DNA from: Macrostomum lignano
Taxonomy: Eukaryota
DNA length: 64,000 nt
Direction: 5' to 3'
Assembly: GCA_002269645.1 (NCBI GenBank)
Contig: NIVC01001730.1
Span: 124,001 to 188,000, forward strand
Under the pieces are notes generated by a model, which saw only the letters and a program-made list of their open reading frames with translations, was not told the origin of the DNA and searched no databases. Below, one piece after another: positions 36,863 through 49,309 of this stretch; position 1 is the first letter of the stretch, and each line of letters starts with the position of its first letter. The translations under genes were made by a program, and so were the position numbers.

Positions 36863-38096
36863 GTATGAAGTGTTCTCGTATTCTACTCCTGCAATGTTTC
36901 ATTATCTCTTGTCTTTATTTAATATTTTGAAGACAAATAGGAGTAAAAATACGGTTGGACCGAGTTTTCTTCACTTATTGTACTCCGTTAAAGACGTGAA
37001 ATACTGTAAATAACGGATTGTCGGCATCCTTGCGCAACACCTTCGGCGACGTCGTCTTACAACCAGCGTTGAAACAGGTCGTCTGCCCATTCCGCTGACT
37101 TCTGAGCACATTCACTCACTCATACGCACGCTCACACGAAGTGTACAGCGTTCCTGACTTTCTAATTGCATGACAACCCCCTGGGCCATTTGGTGCACGC
37201 GCAACAGTCGTCTCAGTTGTTGTTTGAGAGTCGTTGTGTTACAGTGAAAATTTCTACTAACTCAATTGCTGCGTCAGTTATTGCGTAGTAAAAAGCCAAT
37301 TAGGCACAAGGCAGCTGATTTACTGCTAAGTGCTAGCCCCAGAGTCTTAGTCTCCCTAGTGAATGCGACTTGTACCGTGACATTTTATCGTTTTGGCGTA
37401 GTTCAGAATAAACCTCTTGGCCTAGGTAACGTATTCCATCGGGTATTGTCTGGTCTCTAAGAGTTCCCAGTTGGAAGAGACTCTGGGGGATTTCGGAGAT
37501 CACTTTATCAACTCTACACTGCTTGTTCATTTTCAAGACATGTCAATCAATGAGCAATCAAAGATCAGCTAATTGCAATCGTTGCTTTTCTAGCAAACTT
37601 TTACCTGAAGCCAGGTGTCCTAGTTGCCATGCCGTCTCAAACAGGAGAACCCATATTTCACTACTTCTCAAGTGCTTTCAAAATACGAATTAAAAAATAA
37701 TTTGAGCAATCAACGATCAGGGGTCGGGAAAAAACTTTTTTACCTCGAGGGCCAGAGTAAAGAAGAGATTAGGGAGGAGACCTTGAGACCTTGATTGCTG
37801 TTGTGAAGTTAAAAAAGGGCCCAAGGGCTGGACTTTGCCGATTTTGTAATAGATGCTTATCAGTGTAGTATCAGATTCGGTAGATTAGGTATAGAAAAGA
37901 GAAGTAGTGACACGCTCCGAAAACAAGTGGCTGACAAGAATACCGACACTCATGGCTTCATACTCAAATATTAACACGATTGGGTTCAGATTTCATGATG
38001 CTATTGGCTGTCTCATATCGGCAGGTCACATCAAATTTTCGCAATGCACTTTAGAATATGCATCCAAGGTGAAACAAATGCCTACATTTCATTCAG

Positions 38097-38663
38097 GTCG
38101 GCTCGATCTGGCATCCGAACTGGCCGACCTGCTGGCCCAGGTGAAACCATTTAGCAGCGATAATGATGAAGAAAATGAAAAGAAGGCAAAAAATAAGACT
38201 AATGACAACGGGTTCACTACAAATAACATGAGATTTCTATGCTCAATGAGGCCGCTGCAAAAGCGCATATTTTCGTTGGCTCTGCGCGACGACGGCACCG
38301 CCCAGCAACCGTTGCTAGGCGCCGCGGGCGACACCAAAGGTACGATAGGCCTGTTCGCGTTGACTAATAATAACGAGTCGGACGCTGTGCTTACTGGTCG
38401 GCTTCACACCGATCGGGTGACCGAACTGGCATTCGGTCCTGGGGATGCTTCGCACCTGCTATTCACGGCTTCGTACGACGGTCTGGTTCGATTCGTTGAT
38501 TTAAACGCCTGCGTTGGTGACGAGATTAGCGATGAGCTGCGCAACGAGCGACTTGGCGTCACGGCGCTCGCCTGCCTGCCATCTGGCGGAGTTGCCCAGG
38601 TTGGCGAGGGTCTCGCCGTAGGCGGCGAGGACGGCCTATTGAGAATCTTGGATAGGCGAACTG
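38097..38663 (+). CDS. WDR76: WDR76 exon 5 (WD40 repeats)
   Basis: cattcag|GT CGG...ACT G|gttagt. RIFSLAL..AAGDTKGTIGLF, LFTASYDGLVR, GGEDGLLRILDRR. Confidence 0.9.
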
Positions 38664-38734
38664 GTTAGTTGATTTCCAGCTTAAATGCCAATCCGACCGC
38701 TTCGCCTTTCGGCTGTTCAATGTTGCCGTTTTTT

Positions 38735-39205
38735 TGTTTTAATCCCGGACATCATTTAGACACCTTTAGTTTTGAGCCTGGATGTCACTCACACACCTTT
38801 AGTTTTGAGCCCGGATGTCACTCAGACACATTTAGTTTTGATCCCGGATGTCACTCAGACACATTTAGTTTTGATCCCGGATGTCACTCAAACACCTTTA
38901 GTTTTGAGCCCGGATGTCACTCAGACACATTTAGTTTTGAGCCCGGATGTCACTCAGACACATTTTGTTTTTACTTTTGATCCCGGATGTCACTCACACA
39001 CCTTTAGTTTTGATCCCGGATGTCACTCAGACACCTTTGGTTTTTAACCCGGAGGTCATTCGGGCACCTTCAGTTTTGATCCTGGATGTCATTCTGGCAC
39101 CAGTTTTGATCCCGGATGTCCTTCAGGCACCTTCAGTTTTGATCCTAAATGTCATTCTGGCACCAGTTTTGATCCCGGATGTCCTTCAAGCACCCTCAGT
39201 TTTGA
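38735..39205. repeat. ~34-bp minisatellite (WDR76 intron 5)
   Basis: Unit ttttgatcccggatgtcactcagacacctttag. Confidence 0.9.
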
Positions 39206-39264
39206 GCAGTTTAGTTCAATTTACATGCAGCAGTGTAAATCCCAATCCCAAATCCCTGCTCTAG

Positions 39265-39545
39265 GCAAATTCAGCGAACTGACTGCCAACTGCTGCCGTC
39301 GCGTGGTGAAGTGCATCGACCCGCATCCCGGACCCGGCCGCGGGCACCTGTGCCTCACCGCCTGTCTAGACGGCAGCGTCAACTTGTGGGATCTGCGCTC
39401 AACCAAGGAGCCGCTTGGCGATTTTAGCCAGGGCCGAAGCGCCGATTCAGCCTATTGGAGCCCAACTGGTGATATGCGCTTCCTCACCACCTCGCTGAAC
39501 GATACTGTGCGGGTGTACGATGCCGACAGCGGCGATGGAGAGCCG
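39265..39545 (+). CDS. WDR76: WDR76 exon 6 (WD40 repeats)
   Basis: ctctag|GC AAA...CCG|gtgagg. LTACLDGSVNLWDLR, SAYWSPTG, LTTSLNDTVRVYD. Confidence 0.9.
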
Positions 39546-39640
39546 GTGAGGCTTGCCTCATTTTGGCTAAGCGTGCCGTGATATCCTATTCTAGCACCCT
39601 GGTTTTCAATAGTCTTCTTGCCAATGTCACCATGTCGTTA

Positions 39641-41680
39641 CCCTCTGGTAAATAAACCAGAAAATACCACAAGATAATTTGCGAATCTTGTCAGATTCAC
39701 TACTGATTTCCTTGTTTGAGGTGCGAAACTGGTGAAACCACCAGATTCGTCACCAGGTAATTTTAGTGTTATCTGTTTTGACTGTTATCTGGTGAGTTAT
39801 CTGAATTTCACCAGATAAGATGGCCCGAATCTTGCTTAGAAATCAGATTACATGACAAGATTCACCACCAGATAATTTTTTGTTTTATTGTTTGACTGTT
39901 ATCTGGTGAGTTATCTGAATTTTACAGGATAACATGGGTCGAATCTTGTTTGAAAAACAGATAAAAGTACAAGATTCGCCACCAGATAATTCTCTGTTAT
40001 CTTGGTTGATCGAATCTTGTTTGAATCAGAATTTTACAGGATAACATGGTGCGCCCTGATTGTGTGCGAGAGGTTTGACTACCACTGGCATGTAGTCTGT
40101 CACAGCTGCTTAGTGTGTCAATGGGCTGAATGATTCTATCGTCATATTTGACGCTTAGAAGCAGAAGTCAGCCAACCATATTGTTTGGCACAGCTGGGTG
40201 TCTAGACGGAGACTGTGGGATAGTTCCAAATAGCTCTAACTGGCCCAGTATGCAAAGCAGCTTTCCTATTAAGATAGACGCTAATCCGATTTTTGTCGGT
40301 GCATGCTCCATTGGTTTGTCTAAGGCGTTTGCAGTTGCACGAGCCGTGAGCAGATCAAGTCAAGAGAGTAGTGTCGGTAATCTTGTCAATGGTTAATAAA
40401 TCCTCGAACAAGTCAAGAGAGTAGTCGTTACAGACCATGAGTGTCGGTATTCTTGTCAGCCACTTGTTTTCCGAGGGTGTCACTGCTTCGAACGACGCAG
40501 TTGATGACGCCGTTGAACGATCGTCCATCGCACTAGCGACATCTGCAACGGCAAGTCGGTTGGATATTACCGTTGGCACACGGGATTGCGAAGACAATCA
40601 GGTAAGAGTTTCCAGCGCAGTCGGCATTTCGTGGACGCAACTGCACGACGAAGCCATCGCCGCGCGAACCGGCGCATCAGATGATACACCATTCACTTTG
40701 TCTCCGGTCTACGAGCAGCCGATCAACGAAAGCCAGTTGATTCCGGATGACGACTATGCTACGAATGACAATTCTATCGACGCAGCTGACATTACTAGTG
40801 AACAGTCGTACAATCTGGCAATGATTGTCGGCGAACCGTCGCTGTCTGTTAGAGCTAGACGATCGAGTGTGTATGTACATTACTGTTTCTTTATAACTGT
40901 GTATATTTCGGAGAAACTGCCTTCCATCGCCATTTAATTTAACTTTAATAATGCAGAGTCGTTCCATTGCGCCGGCATATAATGCAAGCCCCTGTCAGTG
41001 GTCTCATTAATCGCCTTCCGTGCGCGCGACCCGATCTTTCAAACGTCTGGCGCACGCGTCGACTGCCATCAGAGTCGTGTCCGACTATAGCAGGTCCGAC
41101 CTGCGACTCAGCACCAGCTCGAAGCAGATCTCCAATTCAGTAGTATCAATTGGTATCCACAGTATAAGTAGGTCTACATATAACTGGACTCCCGCAACTC
41201 AGACGTATGCCACGCTGTTCTCCAGAAGTTTTCGTTCCTGTTGAGCTACCGTTTAGTTTGTATAAGGCGCTTACAAATGACACCCCGCTGTTAAATATAG
41301 AGATGCTACTCATAAAATCTTGAAGCACCAACTTTTTATACGCTTCTTTACTGCGAAATTTGATGTCAATGCCTTCCGCCTTTTATTATCATGAATTACC
41401 CGACTGTTACTTGGTCAACGAATCTTGTTTGTCAAACAGGATAACAGACAGGATAGCAAACAGAATAACATGATGTTTCCCTGCAGGATTCGCATGAATT
41501 ACCCGACTGTTACCTGGTCAGTGAATCCTATTTGAATCTTGTTTGAAACAAGGAAACGTAAGATTTTGTCACGCAAACAGGATTCATACAAGATAACATT
41601 TCGCATAACCGGAATGGGGCATGTTATCTTGTTTGAGCGAATGTTATCTTGTGGTGTTATCTGGTTTATTTACCAGAGGG
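39641..41680. mobile_element. 2.04-kb non-autonomous TIR DNA transposon with TA target duplication and GC-rich internal cargo
   Basis: 37-bp TIRs CCCTCTGGTAAATAAACCAGA.AA.ACCACAAGATAA (35/37 identical), TA on both flanks, subterminal ccagataa/gaatcttg motifs, no transposase. Confidence 0.85.
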
Positions 41681-41715
41681 TAGTTTATCCATGATGAAAG
41701 TAAAAAAACCGGGTT

Positions 41716-41780
41716 GGGCCGTAGTCTAGTATTCTGGCGCGGCGCTCTCATGTGCCAGCGGCCCAGGCTCGATTCAAAGT
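41716..41780 (+). other. tRNA-like Pol III head (pseudo-tRNA or SINE 5' end)
   Basis: A-box-like TAGTCTAGT..TGG and B-box-like GGCTCGATTC at tRNA spacing; the acceptor stem is not intact. Confidence 0.3.
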
Positions 41781-41849
41781 GCAGTCACATTAATTTGGGG
41801 CTAAATTGAAGTCTTGGCTTAGGCAAGAGCAATAGTGCATTAGAAGAAA

Positions 41850-42325
41850 ACCTAATAGTGCATTAAGGAGACAATCTAATAGTGCATTAGAGATACGATC
41901 TAATAGTGCATTAGGGATACGATCTAATAGTGCATTAGAGACACGATATAATAGTGCATTGGGAAGACAGTCTAATAGTTCATTAAGGGAGACAATCTAA
42001 TTTTGCATTGGGGAGACGATCTGATAGTGCATTAGGGAGACAGTCTAATAGTTCATTAGAGAGACAGTCTAATAGTGCATTGGGGAGACGATCTAATAGT
42101 GCATTAGGGAGACAGTCTAATAGTTCATTAACGGAGACAATCTAATTTTGCATTGGGGAGACGATCTAATAGTGCATTAGGGAGACAGTCTAATAGTTCA
42201 TTAGAGAGACAGTCTAATAGTGCATTGGGGAGCCAGTCTAATAGTGCGTTGGGGAGCCAGTCTAATAGTGCATTGGGGAGACAATCTAATAGTGCATTAG
42301 AGACAATCTAATAGTAAATTAGGGA
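41850..42325. repeat. 24-bp tandem array (WDR76 intron 6)
   Basis: Unit tctaatagtgcattagggagacag. Confidence 0.9.
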
Positions 42326-42438
42326 CACAACACTTGTCTTTATGTTGAACCTCACGTGTACTGTTATGTGAATCGCATCGTTCACAAATTGTTTAACTCA
42401 ATTCACCAAAAGCCCTAACAACCTCCACCTGCCGGCAG

Positions 42439-42729
42439 CTTCTGTCAATCAGTCACGACAATTTCACTACTCGCTACCTGTCGAATTTTCGCGCAATCTG
42501 GTGTCCCAGCGGCGCGGCTGGCGACTCCGGCCCAATCGCAATCGGTTCGATGTACAAGCAGCAGCGCCGTATTGAAATCTACTCGCCGGAGTCTGGCCGC
42601 CTTATCGATTGTGTGTGGGACGAGAATCTGACTACGGTCACTTCGTTGGTCCGCTGGCAGAAAAGTCGGGGCATCCTGTGCGGCGGCAATTCCAGCGGCA
42701 AAGTGTTCGTGTTCGGGCAGGCCGCGTAG
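42439..42729 (+). CDS. WDR76: WDR76 exon 7 (final; absent from the ORF track)
   Basis: ctaac...ggcag|CTT. LLSISHDNFTTRYLSNFRAIW...IGSM...RRIEIY...GGNSSGKVFVF then stop; this is the WDR76 C-terminal signature. Confidence 0.9.
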   Translation, partial: LLSISHDNFTTRYLSNFRAIWCPSGAAGDSGPIAIGSMYKQQRRIEIYSPESGRLIDCVWDENLTTVTSLVRWQKSRGILCGGNSSGKVFVFGQAA

Positions 42730-42904
42730 TGGGGAGGCTGCGGATGATGATGAGGATCATTAATTGAGATGTTTTTCAACAAGAAAATTGCGTTTTTATC
42801 CCGTGTTGAACTCCATTACGATGCGCTCGGTAGGTTTTGGCCAGTCATCTCATTGTTTGCACCTCTGGTTCTATTTAGGCGTAAATAGCCTACTACCTAT
42901 TTCT

Positions 42905-44048
42905 AATTGCTAATCTACATCTGTTCCTCAAATGATTAAAGTGGATTGCTAATCTACATCTGATCCTCAAATGATTAAAGCGGATTGCTAATCTACATCT
43001 GTCCCTCAAATGATTAAAGCGGATTGCTAATCTACATCTGTTCCTCAAATGATTAAAGTGGATTGCTAATCTACATCTGATCCTCAAATGATTAAAGCGG
43101 ATTGCTAATCTACATCTGTCCCTCAAATGATTAAAGCGGATTGCTAATCTACATCTGTTCCTCAAATGATTAAAGTGGATTGCTAATCTACATCTGTTCC
43201 TCAAATGATTAAAGTGGATTGCTAATCTACATCTGATCCTCAAATGATTAAAGCGGATTGCTAATCTACATCTGTCCCTCAAATGATTAAAGCGGATTGC
43301 TAATCTACATCTGTTCCTCAAATGATTAAAGTGGATTGCTAATCTACATCTGATCCTCAAATGATTAAAGCGGATTGCTAATCTACATCTGTTCCTCAAA
43401 TTATTAAAGTGGATTGCTAATCTACATCTGATCCTCAAATGATTAAAGTGGATTGCTAATCTACATCTGTCCCTCAAATGATTAAAGTGGATTGCTAATC
43501 TACATCTGTTCCTCAAATGATTAAAGCGGATTGCTAATCTACATCTGTCCCTCAAATGATTAAAGCGGATTGCTAATCTACATCTGTTCCTCAAATGATT
43601 AAAGCGGATTGCTAATCTACATCTGATCCTCAAATGATTAAAGCGGATTGCTAATCTACATCTGTTCCTCAAATGATTAAAGCGGATTGCTAATCTACAT
43701 CTGTTCCTCAAATTATTAAAGTGGATTGCTAATCTACATCTGTTCCTCAAATTATTAAAGTGGATTGCTAATCTACATCTGTTCCTCAAATGATTAAAGC
43801 GGATTGCTAATCTACATCTGTCCCTCAAATGATTAAAGTGGATTGCTAATCTACATCTGTTCCTCAAATGATTAAAGCGGATTGCTAATCTACATCTGTT
43901 CCTCAAATGATTAAAGTGGATTGCTAATCTACATCTGATCCTCAAATGATTAAAGCGGATTGCTAATCTACATCTGTTCCTCAAATGATTAAAGTGGATT
44001 GCTAATCTACATCTGTCCCTCAAATGATTAAAGTGGATTGCTAATCTA
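42905..44048. repeat. 39-bp satellite, about 29 copies
   Basis: Unit ggattgctaatctacatctgttcctcaaatgattaaagc; shares a 14-nt core with the 41-bp family. Confidence 0.97.
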
Positions 44049-44454
44049 TTGCACCAGTAATCGTAAACTATGCTACGCTTGAACTAGTTTTCAGCTTTTT
44101 TTAAATTCATCTTTCAATTTTCAAGTAACCGATGAAATATTATAGCTATGCATCAAATATTTTCATTGCGCGTTAATCTGCTACTTAGTTTGCATTTGTC
44201 TTTAATATGAGCTCGAAGGCTTCAAGGTCTGTGTGCAATTCTCCAAACAGATTTTAGTCCTTTGTTTAGGAATATTTTTCCTATTTTAGTTTCTATCGTG
44301 CATTGTTCCAGTGCGGAAAGTTCAGGTGATCTGTGCATTCAATTTTTTATTGCTTTGTGGTTTTAATTTGGTTATTCAGGCTTTCTGGTGTCTCCGTCAG
44401 TTCTATCTGTCAGTAGTAACTCACTTTTTCATTTTCTTATGCTTGAATGGATTG

Positions 44455-45118
44455 CTAATCTAGCCAATACATGGGTGCAGGAATAGAATGGATTGCTAAT
44501 CTAGCCAATACACGGATGCAGGAATAGAATGGATTGCTAATCTAGCCAATACATGGGTGCAGGAATAGAATGGATTGCTAATCTAGCCAATACACGGAAG
44601 CAGGAATAGAATGGATTGCTAATCTAGCCAATACACGGATGCAGGAATAGAATGGATTGCTAATCTAGCCAATACACGGATGCAGGAATAGAATGGATTG
44701 CTAATCTAGCCAATACACGGATGCAGGAATAGAATGGATTGCTAATCTAGCCAATACACGGATGCAGGAATAGAATGGATTGCTAATCTAGCCAATACAC
44801 GGATGCAGGAATAGAATGGATTGCTAATCTAGCCAATACACGGATGCAGGAATAGAATGGATTGCTAATCTAGCCAATACACGGATGCAGGAATAGAATG
44901 GATTGCTAATCTAGCCAATACATGGATGCAGGAATAGAATGGATTGCTAATCTAGCCAATACACGGATGCAGGAATAGAATGGATTGCTAATCTAGCCAA
45001 TACATGGATGCAGGAATAGAATGGATTGCTAATCTAGCCAATACACGGATGCAGGAATAGAATGGATTGCTAATCTAGCCAATACACGGATGCAGGAATA
45101 GAATGGATTGCTAATCTA
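44455..45118. repeat. 41-bp satellite, inverted copy of the 7404-10150 family
   Basis: Unit atggattgctaatctagccaatacacggatgcaggaataga. Confidence 0.97.
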
Positions 45119-45564
45119 ACTTAAATGGATCTGGGAGTAGCAATGCATTCATAAGTATAATGTTAGTTAATCGGTGACTGCACACGGCCCCTTATCTGAG
45201 ACACTATCGAGACGTACTCTTAAAGTACTATACCGAGCAGGCCTGTCATGAGCATTTAAGTCCGGCTCGTATTTGAGAACGACATTTATTCTTGCATTAA
45301 TGCTGTCTATCATTTATTATTTTCGAGTATTTTTTGTCTTTGCACTGATTGGCTGCAGGTTTTGCGCCGCATCCTGGATTGCTTGTACCCCTCACAACCG
45401 AACATTTATCTTATTGTCTGATTGCAATAATTTTAGTTGTTTGCAAAAAATTGACTAACTCTCTAAGAGAAGAAGCAACTTCTTCGGCTCGTATTTTTCC
45501 TTTTCATTTTCCTTGTTTGTTTTTAATTTAATACGATTTACGATTTACAGAGTCAGTGGTTGGT

Positions 45565-46170
45565 ATCTAGTGTGAATGATTAGGATCTAGTGTGAATGAT
45601 TAGGATCTAGTGTGAATGGTTAGGATCTAGTGTGAATGGTTTGGATCTAGTCTGAATGATTAGGATCTAGTGTGAATGGTTAGGATCTAGTGTGAATGGT
45701 TAGGATCTATTGTGACTGGTTTGGATCTAGTGTGAATGGTTTGGATCTAGTGTGAATGGTTAGGATCTATTGTGACTGGTTTGGATCTATTGTGACTGGT
45801 TTGGATCTAGTGTGAATGGTTTGGATCTAGTGTGAATGGTTAGGATCTATTGTGACTGGTTTGGATCTAGTGTGAATGGTTAGGATCTATTGTGACTGGT
45901 TTGGATCTAGTGTGAATGGTTTGGATCTAGTGTGAATGGTTTGGATCTATTGTGAATGATTGGGATGTAGTCTATTCTGAATGATTGGGATCTAGTGTGA
46001 ATGATTGGGATCTAGTGTGAATAGTTTGGATCCAGTGTGAATAATTAGGATCTAGTGTGAATGATAATTGTCTAGTGTGAATGATTAGGGTCTAGCGTTA
46101 ATAATTAAGATCTATTGTGAATGATTAGGATCGAGTGTGATTGTGAATAAATAGTATCTAGTGTGAGCAA
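45565..46170. repeat. 20-bp tandem array upstream of ADAM10
   Basis: Unit taggatctagtgtgaatggt. Confidence 0.92.
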
Positions 46171-46337
46171 TTGGGTCTAGTAGGAATGATTTGGAGTTTG
46201 CTGAATAACTGGAATTTTCGAAGGATTGTAATATTAGTACCAGGCTTAGATTGGTTCTTCAATACTGCTTAGATGTTGTGAAGTATGTGAATAACCTCGT
46301 ATCTGCGTAGGCAGGTACGCAGCCTCTCTAACACCCC

Positions 46338-46954
46338 ATGGATGCCTCGCTATTTCAGCCGAATAATTTTGCTCCGTCGTTAGCCGGCGGACCCGGTTCG
46401 CCGTCTCGCCGTCGATTTCAGCGATCCACTTCGCCATTTCTTCTTTCTCTGCTCCTCATCGCGCTCCTATTGGCCAGCGCAGCCGTCCAATCAGCGTCGG
46501 CCGGTAGAGTCTACGGCCCGGTGCCCGGCAGCGAGACAGTGTTAGATCACGATCGATTGAGCTACGCTCCAGTCTCCGAGCGGCATCATCGCCGGGCTAA
46601 AAGATCCGCTCCTCTAGCCGGGCAAGTCGACCTGGCATTCCCTGCTCACGGCAGGCAGTTTCGCCTGCGCCTTGAGCACAATAGCCGGGTTGCGGCGCCG
46701 GGCGCTGTGCTAGAATTCGATGGCCGAGTTGAACCGCTCAGCTTTCCAGAGGCGGTGACGGGTCGGCTGATTGACGATCCGGGCAGCTGGGCGTTCGGCA
46801 GCCTCATTGACGGTGTGTTCCGTGGTTCGATTCACGAGTCCAGTGGGTCGGGCTGGTACATTGAGCCGGCTGCTCATTATTTTAATGGCCGGCGAGAGTT
46901 TCATTCGATTATGTACAACGACTCGCACGTGCAGTGGCCGAAGCGGTATAAACG
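46338..46954 (+). CDS. ADAM10: ADAM10/kuzbanian exon 1 (signal peptide, prodomain)
   Basis: ATG, hydrophobic signal LLSLLLIALLLASAA, prodomain AHGRQFRLRL and DGVFRGSI; donor CG|gtgaga. Confidence 0.92.
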
Positions 46955-47733
46955 GTGAGATGGACGGCTTCCATTCATTGAATTCCATTGAAGCTTTCAA
47001 AAACTACTGGGTGTGTTCAAAACGTATCTGTTATAGCTCTTTGGAATGAATTTATTTATTTTTGGGCCATCAATATCTTAGCTTTCATCTCTGCCAAATA
47101 GCTCGTATCACTTCAAGGCCATCAATGCACAAAATGCACAAAAGTTCTGCTAAGGATCCTCTTTGATATGTCACCATAGACCCACATAACTAGATGGGCC
47201 ACTCAGGCATATATACTCAGCAAAACAGCTTTCTACTTTCGGTTCAGTAGCAAAAAAGAATATATAAGCTATTTTATAAAAAAGCAGCTGTACTGACTGA
47301 TAAGTTTAGAAGCCCAAGCTTGCAGGCGTAAACAACTTGCTAATTGGTTCTGCAGTAATGTACATTAGCCAGTCCACTGAAATGTACATGGCAGCTTTAG
47401 GCTTGAACTCCAAGTGTCAATAAATTGAGCCTTGACTTTAAAAATACGTCAAAGTCCTTCTGTTAAACTTACTACTGAACTGAAAGTAGCTTACACGCAA
47501 ATGTGCTGAGTGGCCTATTTAGTTAGTCTAGTATCTGTGCCATAGGCCAGATCAAAAGCACTTATTGTTAAACTAACATATGCATAAAAGTTTGTAGTCG
47601 AATAAAGGATGAGATTTTACCACTTTCCAATAACTCCAAACTTGCTAAATTCCAGACATGCATTAAGAATCGCTTTCTAAAAATCAGTCTCAAAACATTT
47701 CCGAAATTTATCGAATTGTTAATTGCTCTGCAG

Positions 47734-48408
47734 ATCCGCTCTGCTTCACCCGCCGGCCGTGGCCGACTCCATCGGGCCGCCGTGTGGTCTGGCCGATTCC
47801 AGCATCGCCAACCAGCTGAGTCGCCAGTCGGCCAATCCCAGCCTCCGCCAGATGAAGCAGCAGCCGCCGTCGCGGAGTCGCAGCTCCCGCTGGGCGGATT
47901 CCGGCCGGCCCGACCCGGCCGCTATTTATCGCAGGGACCGCCGAGCGGCCGCCTCAGATCCCAAGGTGTGCTCGCTGTACATGCAGTCGGACACGATGCT
48001 GTGGGAGGCCACCATGGGCTTGAGCAACGTGAACGGCGACCGAGACCGGGCCAAGACCGAAATCAAGGCGCTGTTCCAGCATCACGTTAGCGCCGCTTCG
48101 GCTATCTACTCCGGCACCCGTTTTGTATCTAGGGACCCGCAATTCGATCAGAATGGCATTCAGTTCACTGTTAATCGAGTTCGAATCAACACTACGGCCG
48201 ATTGCAGTCAGCCGCACGTTAATAAATTCTGTAATCGCAATATTGACGTCACTAATTTTCTAAATTTGCACGCCTATAGCAACCATTCTGAGCACTGCCT
48301 GGCCTACCTGTTCACCTATCGGGACTTCAATGGCGGCACGCTCGGCCTGGCCTGGGTTGGCACCAAAGATCAGAATGGCGGCATCTGCGAGAAATATCGC
48401 GAATATGA
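47734..48408 (+). CDS. ADAM10: ADAM10 exon 2 (Cys switch, furin site, catalytic N-half)
   Basis: ctgcag|A TCC. PPCGL, RRDRR furin site, CLAYLFTYRDFNGGTLGLAW; donor GA|gtgagt. Confidence 0.94.
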
Positions 48409-48504
48409 GTGAGTGCAGCCTTGCCATCATTTGTTCACTTACTCGTATATCTGCTATTTTAAAAGTGCTATTCTTCATTTAGCAAGAAATTCTTAGTCAT
48501 TCGC

Positions 48505-48650
48505 CATTTAGCAGTTCAGTAACTTCCCCCAGCAGCTCAGTAATTCCTCCCTCAGCAGATCAGTAATTCCCCCCCTCAGCAGTTCAGTAATTCCCCCTTC
48601 AGCAGTTCAGTAACCCCCTTCAGCAGTTCAGTAACCCCCTTCAGCAGTTG
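48505..48650. repeat. Short ~22-bp array (ADAM10 intron 2)
   Basis: cagcagttcagtaa(tt)ccccct. Confidence 0.8.
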
Positions 48651-49309
48651 TACTGAGAGCTTCCCCGAGAAGTGCAAGATTTACGTTGCCTGCGTAGCTT
48701 TTTCAGGAAGTTTCGCTACTCTACTATGCCTACTTATATAAGTAGAGCAGTTAGCGCATGCTTTTTACTGAAAACACGCAAATCGTCTTTTTTTCTGCGC
48801 ATTTATGGATGGCGAATTCGAAATGTTTGTTGGTTTAGGTTTTTTTAAATACAGTTTGCAAGTGCACTTAAAAAGAGCTTTTTTCTAACCAGATGTGTAC
48901 TAATGTTGAAAATTTTCTTTATAGAAACCACTATTTCTTAGTAGGAAATTAAAACGTTACGTCAAATACTGCGCAATTCGAATCTTCGAAAAAAAACTTC
49001 CAAGCGCAGCCACCATTTATTTGTGGCTCAGTAAATTGAAGCCCAGTTTACTGGATCAGAAAAGCAGCTGCTGCTTGCCATTTGAAAACCTGTGCTTATA
49101 TCTGTCAATTTGATTCGAAATTCTTATAACTGTATATAGATACGGCAAAATTCAGCTGTCTATCTAGTTATAGATTATGGTTAAGGAGCTGCACTAATCT
49201 AATCTATTGCGATCAGACTAGTGTAAGCTAGGCTCTTGATTTATGAAAGTACTAGACCTCATTCATTTTGAGCATTTTTTGTGCATATGTCGTATGTAAT
49301 TGCGCCAGA

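Noticed and set aside
37907-38096. N-terminal part of the 253-aa ORF as WDR76 coding sequence
   Set aside because: A phase-matched acceptor at 38095-38096 explains the exon; the upstream part is intronic and contains the inverted-repeat copy.
40437-40937. 166-aa ORF as an independent nested gene
   Set aside because: It lies inside the TIR element with no supported promoter or gene structure; treated as cargo.
42893-44023. 376-aa ORF of 13-aa repeats
   Set aside because: It arises because the 39-bp unit is a multiple of 3 and lacks a stop in one frame; no independent coding evidence.
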